Translations under genes and position numbers: made by a program | The notes under the pieces: model-generated | Databases searched by the model: none | What the model saw: only the letters and a program-made list of their open reading frames with translations | What the model was told of the DNA's origin: nothing | From: Haliotis asinina | Lineage: Eukaryota | Reading direction: 5' to 3' | Assembly: GCF_037392515.1 (NCBI RefSeq) | Contig: NC_090294.1 | Coordinates: 14,347,038 to 14,411,037, forward strand | Length of the DNA: 64,000 bases | Shown here: piece by piece, positions 1-14,449 of the stretch | Layout: every line of letters begins with the position of its first letter | Numbering within the stretch: position 1 is the stretch's first letter

Positions 1-1739
1 GCGAAAAAAACAATGTAATAATGCATCTTTGAAGTGTATCCAACACTCAGTATAAAAGCCTTGTACAGAAAATATGCCGGTAGTGTTGATCATGATGAGC
101 TTTAGAAAGTGGTCGAATGTAACATACATTATATTTGGGATTATAATTTTTCAGTGAAGCACAAACACTAATGCTTTTGGGTGTTGAATTCGGGATTTGA
201 TACCACACACTTTCAGAGTCAGGCACCTAAACGAAGAATTTACCAATTACCAGTATAAGACAGACTTGATAAATGTGCGATCAAATAATTCGGTTTTAAT
301 AGCTACATCATTACTTTTTGCACATAAAAAGCACATTCAATAAAATGTTCTCATTTATAAAACCAAGGGCATTTGCAAGTACTCGACACATACATATCGA
401 ATCCCGTGTTGTCTCTCATGCTGATTCTTCAAAGCAGATACGTGACGTAAAACCGGCATTACGTATTCTTGAATGCCCTAAACACTCTTTGGTAGAACTG
501 TTGTAGAAGTTGCATATTCAGTAGGCATCACCATCATGGGACAGCCATATGGTAAACGCATTGTTGATCAGGAACACTGGATTTTTACTAGGATTCAAGC
601 AAACCTCCTGAATCAGGCATCATGCGGAGAATCCTTGAGACTTTCGGGGATTCCAGGGGACTCTCAAGTTTCTCAAGCTGAAAGAATGGCAGCTTGCATA
701 CAAAATCAGATGTCTTTCTTTGTCTTCAGACCGCCATTGTATAATCCGATACCTTCTATGTCAGTCACACGTGTGTGTCTATTTCGGATCCACTTGAAAT
801 TGAATTCATCGTTTCAAGTTGATAAAAACAACTGAACACCAATAAACGCTAGGATTGCTGTGATTCAGTTGGAATGAATTATTTTGTTTCCTAAGAAATA
901 AAACGGCTGGTCGCGGTTATTTTTGTCTCTGCTTCCACTCAACCTACTGACGTCTAAGGAAGCCCACGAAGTCTAAATTTCGTATAGAATTATGAATTAA
1001 CGTTGTAGCTTGCCAGTAACCTTACATCGCGTGGACCATTTCCTGAGATAGACACTTATCAAAATATCTAAATCCAAACACAAGCATTTCCATAACAGAA
1101 ATCTCGGAGCGTTCCATAGTTTGATGAAAATATCCAGATAATATGTACTCTTATTTGAGGTATTGTGCATACATTAACGTGGGGCACATAGTCATAGTCA
1201 TGTTTCAGTGATTCGTAACATCAGGTATTCCTACAATTCATACTCATTAACAGAATGTGGTTTTTGGTTTTTCGCTCCACACTAAACAAAATGCAGGAAA
1301 ATATACTTAACTAGTATGGTACACTTATTCGTCTTCATGCAACGGGGCTCTAACATGGAATACTCTAAACTATGAAGTTTTACATCATCTCTAGCTTGGG
1401 AATAATTTGGCGAGATATTCACGACAACGTTTTACTCTACGTTGTCAGGTAATGTAAGCATCAGTTATAACTGAAGACGACTCTCATTATGTGACACAAC
1501 TGCGTAGTATGACATTGTGCATACACAACAAAGAGTCGCAAGGGAAATATACGATTCTGGAATTCATTTTAAAAAACAGTTTGCACAACGTACCATAATC
1601 TCCTTTCAGACCAATGTAAAACTGATATTCGAAATTTGATTATTGCATTAGGAGAACGCTTTTTAAATATGTTTGTTGGCCATGGAATGTGAAGTAATTC
1701 TGGTACAACAGCACTAGGCACACTGTATTGCCCATAATA

Positions 1740-3001
1740 CGAAGGGATGTCAATAAGTCTTGAGTCTTGAACATTTTTCATACCCAGGTTTCACAGCCTC
1801 TGGTACGGCATTGAACCTTGGGGTGTAGCTGATGTGATATGTAAGTTTTGGTATCCTACCCTCAGAAGTTATTGAACAGCTACCATTGACAGAAAGAGAC
1901 CCTCCTCATGGCAGTGAAAATTAATAAAATTGAGCATAGAGCAGTAATTAAGTTTTTAGTTCTTGAAGGAAACTCGGCGAAGCAATTTATGGGAAGTCTT
2001 CCCCTTCATCTGCTACCATTAAACGACGGGTCAATGAATTTAAGCATGGTAGAGAGAGTCTTGAAGATGACCCCCGTCCAGGTCGCCCAACAACAAGAAC
2101 TAGTCAGGAAAACATTGACAGAGTGCATAGACTTGTGCTGGAAAATCGTCAAGACACACTCCACGAGTGAGAGGTGACCACAGGCATTTCACGCGGATCC
2201 ATCGAGACAATTCTTCATGACCATCTCGTCATGTCTAAGGTGTGTGCAAGATGGGTGCCAAGAATGCTTACAGATGAAATGAAGCAAACAAGGGTCACCA
2301 TAAGCAACTCCATGCTAACCAGATACAACAAGAATCCAGAAGATTTTCACTGTAGGCTAGTAACCTGTGTTGAAACCTGGATCCACCACTATAAGAATGA
2401 GAGCAAACAAGATTCCATGGAATGAAAACATGTGACTTCTCCCCGGACCAAAAAGTTCAAAGCCTCCGGATCAGTGCAGAAGGTAATGGCGACAGTCTTC
2501 TGGGATAACAAAGGCGTCATCCACATAGATTACTTACCAAAAGGAAGAATATGAATGGAGAATATTACGCTAACTTGTTGAGCAAGTGCGACAGTCAATC
2601 AAGGAGAACCGCCGGGCCAAGATCAGACGTGGTATTCTTCTACATCAAGACAATGCTCCAGTACACACCTCTCGCGTTGCAGCCGCTGTTGTCCAGGAAT
2701 GCGGGTACGAAATCTTGCCGCATTCCCCCTACTCTCCAGACCTGGCACCAAGTGATTACCATCTGTTCCCAAATCACAAGAAACACTTGCGTGGTCGTAG
2801 ATTTCAGGATGATAATGAGCTTATTGCTGCTACTGAGGCTTGGTTTGAGGACCAAAATGGCGTCTTTTACAGAGATGGCATCAGCGCCTGGCAGAAAAGA
2901 TGGAACAAGTGTCTTGACTCACAAGGGGGAAAATAAATGTGGTTCATACCAATATTTTGTGTTTTTCTATGCAAGGTTCAAAACTTATTGACATCCCCTC
3001 G
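1740..3001 (+). mobile_element. mariner-like (Tc1/mariner DD34D) DNA transposon, ~1.26 kb, with TIRs and TA target duplication
   Basis: Left end TA|CGAAGGGATGTCAATAAGTCTTGA (1738..) matches the reverse complement of the right end TCAAAACTTATTGACATCCCCTCG|TA (..3003). Internal ORFs encode mariner transposase motifs. The size is typical of mariner. Confidence 0.85.
1908..2936 (+). pseudogene. mariner transposase, frameshifted into 3 ORF pieces (1908-2177, 2174-2425, 2586-2936)
   Basis: N-terminal HTH region (KIEHRAVIKF...ARW). Catalytic region HQDNAPVHT ... PHSPYSPDLAPSDYHLF ... ISAWQKRWNKC gives a DD34D signature. Pieces lie in different frames with stops between them. Confidence 0.85.
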
Positions 3002-5023
3002 TATCTGCACAAATGCAGCAGTCGGGTTTCAACAAATCGAAAATACTACAACCAGTATAACATCAGCGACTAAGAAGAATTCACTACTCGCTAGGAATAA
3101 AACAAAACAAGAATAAGTTTCCCAGTGGAAATCATCCTAAAACACTGAGGAAACACGCAAAACTGATTTTATTTTTATTTCAACGTATCTAAAGGATTCT
3201 TTTTCCTCTGACTTGTAGAAAGTAAAATCACAATGGGGATAGCACAAACGTCCTTCAAATGTGTCGCTTTCTTCTGTCCATTATGTAGAAGGCCTCTACA
3301 GCAGAATGTGATGATAATGCCGTAACGTTGGCTTCCCATTCACTATGGATGAACAGCAAGTTTGTATGAAATAAGTGGCTAGTAGATCGGGAAGTGTATT
3401 ATCTTCCTTTTGAATAAAATATAATATCTCATTTTCAAATGTATGTAGAAACTATAAACTGAATAAGTGACACATCTGGTGTCACTGTCAACTGGTAACA
3501 ACAATCTCACATCAAACGTCTAATGGAAAGTCTGCATGTCCAGAGCAGAAAGATATTGTGTCTCCTCAAACCATATTTAACATTCACGAATCTATACAAT
3601 GAAGTTCATATTATAAATGACATGTACAAAAGAGACACAGTCTTGGTTGAACTGCTTAGGACGAAGGTAATCAGAACATGCTTTAACACTGGCCTATGTT
3701 AGTTGTAACACTAGGGTGGTAACATGTGAAATATGCTGATATTTCAAGTTCATAATACAGTCGGCAACCTCTGCTCTAAGCATAGGTTTCGTATGCTTTT
3801 AGAAATGGCTTGTGCATTTCTCCTTATCCCACACTTATGCCGTTGATGGGCTTTATCATGCACGAAAATATTTCATTTTAAGAAATATTTGAGGAATAAG
3901 TCTTGGAATATCGCTATCTCTTATGAAGTCTGTCATGAAACGTTACATAGTGACGACGTCCGTGCGAAAAATGTAAACTTTGCTGAAAGGAATGGCCAAG
4001 CTGGTTACTTTGTTGACGAACGCCTGGAAGGAACAGAGCAATCATTCGGTACTTATATAGTCTTACACCTCCACTGAACTGGATGCCTTGTTTACAGATG
4101 ACTCGGTTGGTATATATGGTAAGTACCTCTTCTATGTACAAATGTTGCAGTTGCAACGACGTATCAATCTTTACTTTGTTAAACCGTACTTATTAATTTT
4201 TAAAGGCTGGAATACTAAAATAGAACTTGATTTTCTTGTAATGTTAGAAATGGTTTGGAAGTTTCTATTTAGAGTGTTTATGGCAAAGAAATTAAACTTG
4301 AATCTAATGTAACTTCTGCCATACAGCTATCCACTACATATCTACATACAGTTTTATACTCCATTCTTGTACCGTATCTATATTGAGACTTCCTACGAGA
4401 CATACAGTCCAGAACCAATACCGCTCCTTACAGGCGACTTCGCTGTAGCGTTGTTAATTCATAAGACCTTCTATTACCACATAGACTTCATTGCAGAAGC
4501 AGCAGAAACAGCATTAACCTTTCAGCGCAACCCTCTTCAACGTAATTCAGTGTATAAATATAGCAATGTTACCGGAAAGCTCTGTCTGTATAGCCATCAT
4601 AATGGCATCATCAATGCCCACATTGTCTTTATACTATATCAGTGAACAGACTCATTGCTAGAATTCCAGAGTATAAGATAATTTAACACCTCACTGAAAG
4701 TTTCAGTCAAAATGTCACGGTACATGTGATAAAGCTGTAAGAGTAAATACCGTTATCCTTTTTATTATAGCCTGAACCCAAAGGCTATCTGTTAGGTATA
4801 CCAGTATATAATTATACTCTAAACATCTACTCTCATTAACTTTCGTAACTTGATTGTTTGCAATGTTATCATATTATAACTGAAGACTGATAGCCTTTCC
4901 AAAGCTGCTATATATATATATATATATACTTTGACATGCCTAGACAAGAACACAAGAACGTATACATGCATCAGATGACTTTATCTAATTTATTTTATAT
5001 AATTTAAGAACTTTTAATATGTT

Positions 5024-5092
5024 GTTTTGTTTTTGGTTTTTTAGTTGTTGTTTTTGTTTTTGTTGTTGTTTTTTGTTGTTGTTGTTGTCTTT
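5024..5092. repeat. (TTG/TTGTT)n microsatellite
   Basis: Direct reading of the tandem run. Confidence 0.9.
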
Positions 5093-5164
5093 TTTCCATA
5101 TCTGTAACTGCAACAGTAAAATGTAAAGCCAACAGAAGTCCTTTTCCTTAATGTGGGTAGTACC

Positions 5165-5395
5165 CGTGAAGGTTCCGGGTTAAAATAGGCATTCAGCAAC
5201 CCGTGCTTCCCATAAAAGGCGACTATGCTTGTCGTAAGAGGCGACTAACGGGATCAGGTGGTCAGACTCTCTGACTTGGTTGACACATGTCATCGGTTCC
5301 CAATTCAGATCGATGCTCATGTTGTAGATCACTGCCATATAGCTGGAATATTGCTGATTGCGTCGTAAAACTAAACTCACTCACTCACGTAATGT
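5165..5395 (+). mobile_element. SINE family B copy with internal deletion and (CACT)n tail
   Basis: TTCAGCAACCCGTGCTTCC...GGCGACTA...GATCGATGCTCATG...CCATATAGCTGGAATATTGCTGA...AAACTCACTCACTCAC. Matches more than 15 other copies in the window. Confidence 0.8.
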
Positions 5396-5761
5396 GGGTA
5401 GCTGCAGGAAGAATGATCCCGTCGTGGTATGTAATATACGGTAATATCGTGGATACAAAAAGACATATACGAGTGATACACTGAGGCTTGACTCCCTACT
5501 CCCTGTCGGGTTGTCGTTACTGAAAGAACCCAATAGTTTCCATTTAAAAGCCTCTCCCAGACTTGTATCAAGCAACGTTTCATTCACTTTGCATCAATTC
5601 ATCCACTATGATTAAATGCGGGCATTTCGACGACTGTATGTAAGCAAATTTTAGTGGAATAATTGGTGCCATTCGCATTGGATAGATTACCCTGACGCAT
5701 TTACATCAAGAAGAAAATGTAATCCTACAGCCATTTTCAGTGCGAAGTCTGTATATTTGTT

Positions 5762-6045
5762 CGACATGTGAACTAGTGAGTGAGTGAGTGAGTTTAGTAT
5801 TACGCCGTACTCAGCAATATTCCAGCTATATGACGGTGGTCTGTAAATAATCGAGTCTGGACCAGACAATCCAGTGATCAACAAAATCGATCTGCACAAT
5901 TGGGAACCGATGACATGTGTCAACCAAGTCAGCGAGTCTTGGCCACCCGATCCCGTCAGTCGCCTCTTACGACAAGCATAGTCGCCTTTTATGGCAAGCA
6001 TGGGTTGCTGGAGGCCTATTCTACCCCAGGACCGTCACAGGCACA
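5762..6045 (-). mobile_element. SINE family B copy (full length, minus orientation)
   Basis: Reverse complement of the family B consensus: GTGAGTGAGTGAGTGAGTTT...CAGCAATATTCCAGCTATATG...CATGAGC..GATC...CAAGCATGGGTTGCTGGAGGCC. Confidence 0.8.
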
Positions 6046-7108
6046 TCTGAACTAAGTAGACTAAAGCGTGTCAAATATCCGATAAATATTAAATATGTAT
6101 TGCCTTGTATATTAGTCCACAACCATTAGTGTATTATTATAGTTTCAAATCTTTAAGTGCGATATGTTTTTGTCAAGACGGTTTCTTCAAAAGGAATAAT
6201 GTAAATGATATTTGAAATTATCACAGTCTAACGTGCTCTGGTCAGTCACAATCTAATTCTTCGAAAATTGTTGTTGATTCCGGGATATGGCTTAGGTGGC
6301 ATTCTTCATGGATGTATTCGTCACATTACTATTGTTCTTGTTGTTATGATTGTTCGATAGCACATTGATACATGAACCAAGTAATCACAGCTACTGAAAC
6401 ATCAAGACCGGGCAAAAAACACGGCCAATGGCATTGAAAAATGCCAAATCAAAATACTTTCAAATACATCGCCACAATAATTATAATAATACCAACTGTT
6501 CGTTCAATGTTTAGGTATCCTTATATTTTCTTTTCCCGGCAGTTTATATAACTAAAATTCAGAAACCCCTTGGCAAAAACACTGATGCATGTTTTTACGT
6601 CTCTGTGTTATCGCGTAAACCACGTGAAGATTACATGTCTTTCTATCTTGATGTCCTGCATGTCTCGTCATTCACACTTGGAATCTTCTATCAGTGTCAT
6701 ACACTGCATTACAGAACGTACTGAGTTTCAACCGAGTCACATTAACCTTTAAGGCAACACTCATCAAAGAAGCCAAGGCGTGAATATTAGAAGATGTGAT
6801 CAGGCTTTATCAGGGGGTCCTGTCTATATGGTCTCCTCACTGTACAATGTAATCACCAGTGTCGTCATCTGTTCTTCACGAGTGGCCATACATTCCACTC
6901 TTTGTACACAGAAATAGTAACTGCAGCGATTGGTGAATAGGGTTCAACATTTGATGACAAGTCTGAGTTTAGCTTGTTCACGCTTAGCGCGGTAGGCGAC
7001 TGAATTATTTGAGTTTACTATGAATGTAATTTATATGTGGTGCAGTAAATAACAAGGACAAGTCAAAGGAAATTCTGCTTGAGGTTCTCCGACTTTCATG
7101 AGCCTTAA

Positions 7109-7131
7109 TGTGTGTGTGTGTGTGTGCGTGC

Positions 7132-7170
<39 letters not shown>
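7109..7170. repeat. (GT)n microsatellite
   Basis: Direct reading. Confidence 0.95.
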
Positions 7171-7173
<3 letters not shown>

Positions 7174-10100
7174 GTATGAGAGTATGTAACTTGACAATCT
7201 AGCTGAGAACGTCTTCACCAAGAAGAATTTTTCTGACGTTTTCTCTATTGCTTGCCGCATCTTCTCAAATGACCATTGCTGGCCATTTTTTCACAATTAT
7301 CTCCCTCTGCAATTGCCATGCAAGTACAGCAACTGCTTGGTGACATTTCTTCATCCATTTAACGCACTCTTTCCTTGGTTAATTCTTAAGATATTCCAAC
7401 GCAGAAATTCCTCTTTAGCATTTGTACTTTGTTATGAGGTGGGGGGTGGGGGGGGGGGGATTTTCCATTTCTATACGATTTTAAAGACATCTAAAGATAG
7501 TCCAATACCCACAAGCGGTGAACCTTCTTCAAATATTATCATTATTTATCCTTACTTCTACTTACACAACATATAACTGTAATCCCTCTGTAAAGGCATG
7601 ATCATTGTCTATTTCGATACGAACTTCAAATGGCAATACATCAATCATCTTTCACAACTTGCTACAAGTTCCAGTTTGTGGGTTTGGCGTGTTATTTTCA
7701 AGACGATTATAGACCAAGTATAGATGTAAGAATCATTGATATTATTCTGAACTTATCCTGATTTATACGATGCCGCCAAAATACAAAACTATCTCCAAAA
7801 ATACTTCTGTTTCTATTATTCTAATATTCCAACGCCAAGCGAGTCTTTTAGATACGTTAGATTTACACTGATGGCAAAAATATACCGCACACTTGTAATC
7901 ACAAACCGCAGTAGCATCGGAAATGTTTGACATATAGACGGGTCCCTTGATTTAGGTGAACATTTTCCTTTGATCACTCAAACATAAAATCTAGATGCAT
8001 TTACAAATCTGTCAGGGTTTGGGTGTAAAAATTCATTTAAAAACACATTGATGTTTTTGGGGGAAATGTCTGAGCTGAACTAGTGTGATAGACTACTATT
8101 TACATAGCAAACACCCATTTGCTAATTAGCGTTACTCTCTGGTATTCACCACTGTTTGGAGAGTGTGGGTGTTGTTTTACGCCGGTTTTAGCACAATTCT
8201 AGACACCACAAGGGACACCAAATGGGGTCCTGACACTGCTTTCAAGAATGGCCCAACTGTGGACGTAAACGTAATGAAATGCTGCAGGAGGCACATTTAA
8301 GCCATATTTGGCAATACCGTTCTGAAAATGCAAATCATCTGAAAACAACTCCAGTAGTTGTCGGCAAGAATAAATGTGGTATTTTCCAAAACACATGTTT
8401 CAGGGAACCATTCATATGTTTCTCAACGTCATTGTGCTGAATGCAATCTGTACAAGCAAATAAGAGAGCGTCAGGCAACAAACAGTAATTTGTCTATTTT
8501 GCAATTGGCCATCATGATTACATAATGTAGTCTTTGCTCGAGTCTTCCATTATTCCAGCTACCACCGGAAGTTACCAGTAATCATATATAAATGCCACTC
8601 ATCCAGATTTTTCAAATGAAGATGATCTCCAACTTGATATAACTATCTCCATTTTCTTTGAACATTATCGTGTCCTAAAACACATTTAAAGGTATTAGAA
8701 ATTATGAGAGAAGTAGTATACAATCATTATGCATACACTATGCAAACCAATGACCGAATGTGTCGTGATTAACTCCAGACATGAGGCCAAAATTCATCGG
8801 TGGGAGACAGTGGTAAAGTGGTAAAGTTCACCAGCCACTATGGTCAGGTTTACATTGCCATACAAAGTGTGAACACTGGTGTCAGTATCTGTAGAGTAGT
8901 GTATGGTGTAAAGCTATACTCATTCACTCATTCACTCAACCACTCAATCATGCACCCACAGACCAACCTAGCCTCCAACTAACAAACACACGCACCAACA
9001 AACACATCCACTGACTGACCCATTCACTGACTCGTTCGCCGTCACACGTTCACACTTACATAAGACGACAGCCGAGGCATCGATGAGAGAATTCGCATTT
9101 TCGCACAATAATGCCCAGACAGTTACAGCAAATATGGATCAAAGGTCCTTTTCCTGTCAATAATTCATGTTGGAAATTACTTGGTAGATTGTTAAGCAAC
9201 TCCTAAACCTAGAGAATGCATATTTTAGACCATTATTGGAGAGCATTATTTAGTGAAGGCGTCTACGCATCTTTTCCAAAGGTCACGTACTGGACATTGA
9301 CATATCTCAGCGACCGACCCTATGATTTGTGATCATGTGTCTGGATAGTAGTATAAACACACTGACCACTCCACCGTCATTTCAAATATACACTTATCCA
9401 GCTCCGCATTGACAACGGGTTCATTGCTGCAGTAGTTGCGTTGAGCATATGTAAATATGTTGACCATAAATATACATCTTGTCTGGAGGAAATTATGGCT
9501 GGCGACACAGATGGCAAGTATTATTAGACAGAAAGGCTGTCAAATGAATTAGCGGCTGTCTGTGTACTGTAACTCGTAACTATAACCACTTATATGGTAA
9601 TAACATGGTGGACATTGTCTAGTCGAGACAATTATACTCCACGCTCAAACAGTCATGTCGTGATGTTATTACTTCCCAACTATCGAAATGTAACGGTTGA
9701 TTGATGTTCCTCTTGCAGGAGTGAATATATGAGGTTTGACACCGCTTTTAGCAATGGTACACAGGACCGGAAGTCGTCAGTCGTTGTATCTGCATGCAGA
9801 ATCGAGCTCTCCGGCGTGACGATCGAACGGTTCATCCACTGGGCTAACCCACATTCCTTGACAAATTAAAATTGACGTGGAAGAGAGAAGTAATGCTGTT
9901 GATCTCAGAAGCTGACAGTAGTTTCTCCTAAGAAAACCTGGACGGGACTAGATCTGCTTTTGAGATTAACTTAATATTATTTGAAAGAAAAATTTAATTC
10001 CTCATAGTGTAACCTGCCATCATGACGTGAGTATAAACTGGCCCTAAGAGGCTGCCTAATGGACATATGGACTGGACATATTCAGTGACTTGGCTGACAG

Positions 10101-10496
10101 GGCATTCACGGTATTCCGACTGCTGTGCTTTTTTGGTTTTACAAGAAGCAGTACACTTTTTCTCTTGATGTAAATCTAGCAAAAGAAATGTTAAAATAAG
10201 CACTGCTCTGCTCTTACAGCCACCATTTGAACCAATACCCTTTAATGGCTAAAAGGCGTGATCTTTGTTATCAACATACAAACAAGTTTAGTAAAACCCA
10301 TAAATCAAAGCCGCCTGTACTCATCATTCTGTACTTATCATTCTGAAACACTGAACCAACGTAAAATATTGTGCATGATATATGCATATCGTCAAACGCA
10401 CGTTTGTCAATAGAGTCCATGAACAAGGTCAACCATTCTGTCACGACACATGCTATGCAAGAATCGCTTCAAACCCGTGAAAATCTGGGTTTGCAT

Positions 10497-10690
10497 TGAA
10501 CTTCATTAATCCATTCTTATTGTAACGTAATCGGATGGTCATACTCGCTGACTTAGTTGATACATGTCATCATGTCCAACTGCGTAGATCGATGCTCATG
10601 ACAGTCACATGATTGTCTGGTTTGCGGATCACCGTCGTATGCCTGGAAAATTGCTGAGTGCGACGTTAAACAAAAAAACCAAACTGTATT
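10497..10690 (+). mobile_element. SINE family B copy (diverged)
   Basis: CTGACTTAGTTGATACATGTCATC...GATCGATGCTCATG...GGAAAATTGCTGAGTGCGACGTTAAAC. Confidence 0.6.
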
Positions 10691-12214
10691 CACAAAAAAA
10701 TCTCAACTTGTTTTTTCAAAGACCCCTGTTCGCTTAGGGTAAGCTGACCAAGGAATGTTATACAACAGCCCCAAAACGTCATTGTGGTAGAGAAATTCAA
10801 TTTAACCTGCTACATCATGCTAACGTGAGCTAATATCATTAATGCTAGTCAGAAAGAAAGACAATAAAATCACGGGACGGACTATTAATACATAAACGAT
10901 AAGGGGTATCAACTCAATGTCTGTGTTACAAGAATGTCCCAACAGAAAGATGGCTTTGTAATTACCCGTTCCATCAGACCTGATTTATAGGGTGATACTA
11001 AATACCTGTTAGGGTGACAAAGGAGACCAATGTTATACAATGGGATCGTGGTCACATCGGGAGAAGATTAATCAGTGTTCTTCTTGGTCCTCTCTATGTC
11101 TCGGCTTACGTGCGAAAGGGCAGTTAGTAGCTTGTGGTCAGTCGAGGATTAACCGTAAAGACCATTGCGAGCACATGGGACAATGCATGTCATCTGTGAT
11201 GCCCATCTTATTGTGGCATATCGCCCTTTAGAGAGAGTTTGTCAATAAGGATTTGTCTGGTGATTTAAGAGCATCGATCTAAGAATAAGTACAGATCGAG
11301 GAATGGGTGAAGCTATATGACATTTGGATCAATGGGTGGGTTTTGATATTTGCTATATTATGTCGTAAGACTAATGTAAACGTACTTAATGTAGCGTCAA
11401 ACACTGCGTGATCTCACACACAGCATGTTATTACTTCATGTTGACTTACAGGGGACGTTTCACTAAAACATACCGAATGGATGAAAAGGTGATATTCCTC
11501 CAATAGTCCAGACTTCTGAAGTTGGCGACTTTGCAAAAAATATATCTTCTTTGAGTGGCATTATTATGAAGTTGAACACGTTATATAGATTGACTATATT
11601 ATAAGGTATCACATCGTGTCGAGGGAAATACGGGGTTTTATCAATCCCGAGTAAGGTTGTATTCCCCGAGCCTCCGACAGATGATCTCTCGACAGATGCG
11701 ATAACGCATTTATCTAGCTGAATGTTTTCACTAAATCAAAACAAAACAACACGCATCGAATCGACTTGCTGCCATGTTGACACCAGCTGATCGATGCACG
11801 CTTTTCTCACTTCGCGTCGTCACCGAGGCGTAGCGGGGCGATATGACTTTCGCACGCGGGAGTATACGACTTTTATACTCCCGCTGGCGGATCGTGATGG
11901 ATGTACATGGTATTTATCAGAGTCACGTGGACCAATGAAAACTCGACATTCTTACACGAGGCTACATAATGGAGCATGGAAGTGTGCATCTACATCCATT
12001 GTAGTAAAGTCATTTGTTCTTGCACAGAAACATAATATTCAATACTCCACACAATAATTCTTCAAATTCTCAACAGCGTGAAGATTTAATACACCACAGT
12101 GTGTTACTCTTCCAGTTCTCCACGCTGATGTTCTTGAATTGTCAACACATTTCCATGTTTCTTTGTGCCGTTAAATATTAACTCACTCATTCACTCACTC
12201 CATGTTTCTATATA

Positions 12215-12470
12215 CATCGCGTGAGCCCATGCTTGCCACAAAAGGCGACTATACTTGTTGGAAAGGAAACCAACGGGATCGGGTGGCCAGGTTCTCTGAC
12301 TTGGTTGGCACATATCATCGGTTCTCAGTTGCGTAGATCGATGTTCATGCTGTTGATCACTGGATAGTCTGGTCCAGACACGATTATTTGCAAACCGCCG
12401 CCATATTGCTAGAATATTGCTATGGAAACCAAGCTCAGTCTTTCACTCACTCACTCACTCACTCACTTAT
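12215..12470 (+). mobile_element. SINE family B copy with (CACT)n tail
   Basis: CATGCTTGCCACAAAAGGCGACTATACTTG...GATCGATGTTCATGCTGTTGATCACTGGATAGTCTGGTCCAGAC...CACTCACTCACTCACTCAC. Confidence 0.8.
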
Positions 12471-14449
12471 ATATCATGTGCATAATAATCATAATTCTCC
12501 AATACTCCACAGAATATCTCGAATAAACCGAAGTGATACTTTCATGTCCAACACTCCACAGACTATGTTTAATGCCCAATTCAGTGATATATGTTCAATT
12601 CTCCAACACAGCAATAAGTCGTCAGTACTGTTCAGATAGATACATCGCCAGTGCTCCAGATACTGATGGTTTTTCATACTCCACATGGCGATATATAAGA
12701 AAGCCAACAGTCGAGTATACGTTGTGTATAATTATGAAAAACTGCCACCTATTGCTGCACCACCAACAAGCACCTCCTTCGTGCTCGAGCTGTGCTTTGA
12801 GCTCTTCATTCGTGAAGTCCCACACAAGACTATACAGGAAGCATAACTTTATTGCAAGGTTAGATTTTACGGACGTTTGATCATCGAGGACAATTTCCAT
12901 CCCTGATCAAACAAACACATTTTACACAATAGAACGATGTGTTATTACCTCAAAGATAGGTCGTCTTCGGAAATAATAGATGACAGTATCTGTATCATGT
13001 TTATGTGAAAGGATTGCGGTCACGAAAGTGTCCGAATGATCATTAAGCAGTTGTTTGAATGCAGTATTGGTATTGCTCGGTTGAGTACGGAAAGAACACT
13101 ATGTTCACTCTTCATTTTATGAAAATGGTACATGATATTGTAATAAATGGCTTAAAAAGCAAACCAGTAACGGTATTGATCAATACCTACTGGGTATATA
13201 CGTCCATACAAATCAGTGCAGTTACTACGTGTTTGCAGTTTAGGTAGGATCACGAATCTTAACTTTAAAAGATCAACACTGGGTAAGCTCAACCTTTAAA
13301 ACAAGGCCACAAAAGAACAATGTACATGCATTCTGAACTTCCAAATGGCAGATCTGATGAAGCTAGGAGTGCGCCTTCTATATTTCCGCGCAAAATATTA
13401 ATCAACTCAGTTACTATAAACATATATTGTATATAGTACTGAACAATAGAACACTTGAGTCAAAACACCTGCGTGTACTCAAAAGCTACAGTAAAGTGTT
13501 TTAGAGAATAAAAATATTAAAATAACATCAAAAGAAAAATAATGTTAAATTAATGTAAATTAAATTACGTGTTGTTTGTAAGTAGCTTTACACTGAAAAC
13601 GTGAGTGAAAAGCAGCATTTGCTTGGAGCATCTGGCGTATCTCAACGTTTGTTGATGTACTGCGAGAATTAATTGGTGTGTTATTACCTCACAAACAGAT
13701 CACAGAAGAAACCTGTTGATAAAACATTGGAATTATCAAACTACAAAGCATCAGTTACCGCAAATTTAAGATTTCCTGCTTTCGTTCAATATTGGCGGTG
13801 GATATCGTCAGTTGTCCGATTTCATTATCTTTCTGCATAGCATTTTTCTTTGGAGTTTTAATTTCGGTCTTGGCTGAATTACTGAACTTTGCCTAGAGTC
13901 TTATGCCCAGAAGGCGGTGGCTCGTGGGCCCATCTGGTGGATTAATTATCTATAATTTTTCTGCTGGAGTGTATCGTCCGGGTATCCTTGGTGCTGCAAG
14001 CTGGAGGCCCGATTGCTTTAGCATTGTCCTTGTGATACTCCGTGGTGGGTGGGCAGCTCGGATGATGAACCATATTACACTAAAAATGGCATATGAAATT
14101 CCACCTGAGAAAAACAAAATGTCCACTTGAAATTCACCCTGATGATACTGACCACAGACCGTCTGCATCTTTTGAGTATTGAGACGCCTGACAAGACACC
14201 GTTAAAGCTGAACCCCTTTGCTGTATCCAAGGGTATTCAAGGTATCGCTGGGATTGTTCAAAACATTAGACGCTTTCGTTCGGGTGCGCTGCTAGTTTAA
14301 TGCGGGAAAAGGCAGTAATCAACCAACCTGATGAACATTAAATCTTTCGTGGGCATTCCGGTCACGGTCTCTGCTCACAAAACCTTGAACACAAAAAAAC
14401 AACGAAACCATCAAAACGAATACGTATCTGTTTACTTTTTCATGTCCAA

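Noticed and set aside
536-835. 99-aa ORF MGQPYGKRIVDQEHWIFTRIQ… and other 60-130-aa ORFs on the track (e.g. 2551-2991, 30381-30770 −, 53726-54070 −)
   Set aside because: No recognisable domain motifs. Several overlap transposon, SINE or microsatellite sequence or the opposite strand of the mariner ORF. Such ORF lengths are expected by chance in 64 kb of AT-rich eukaryotic DNA.
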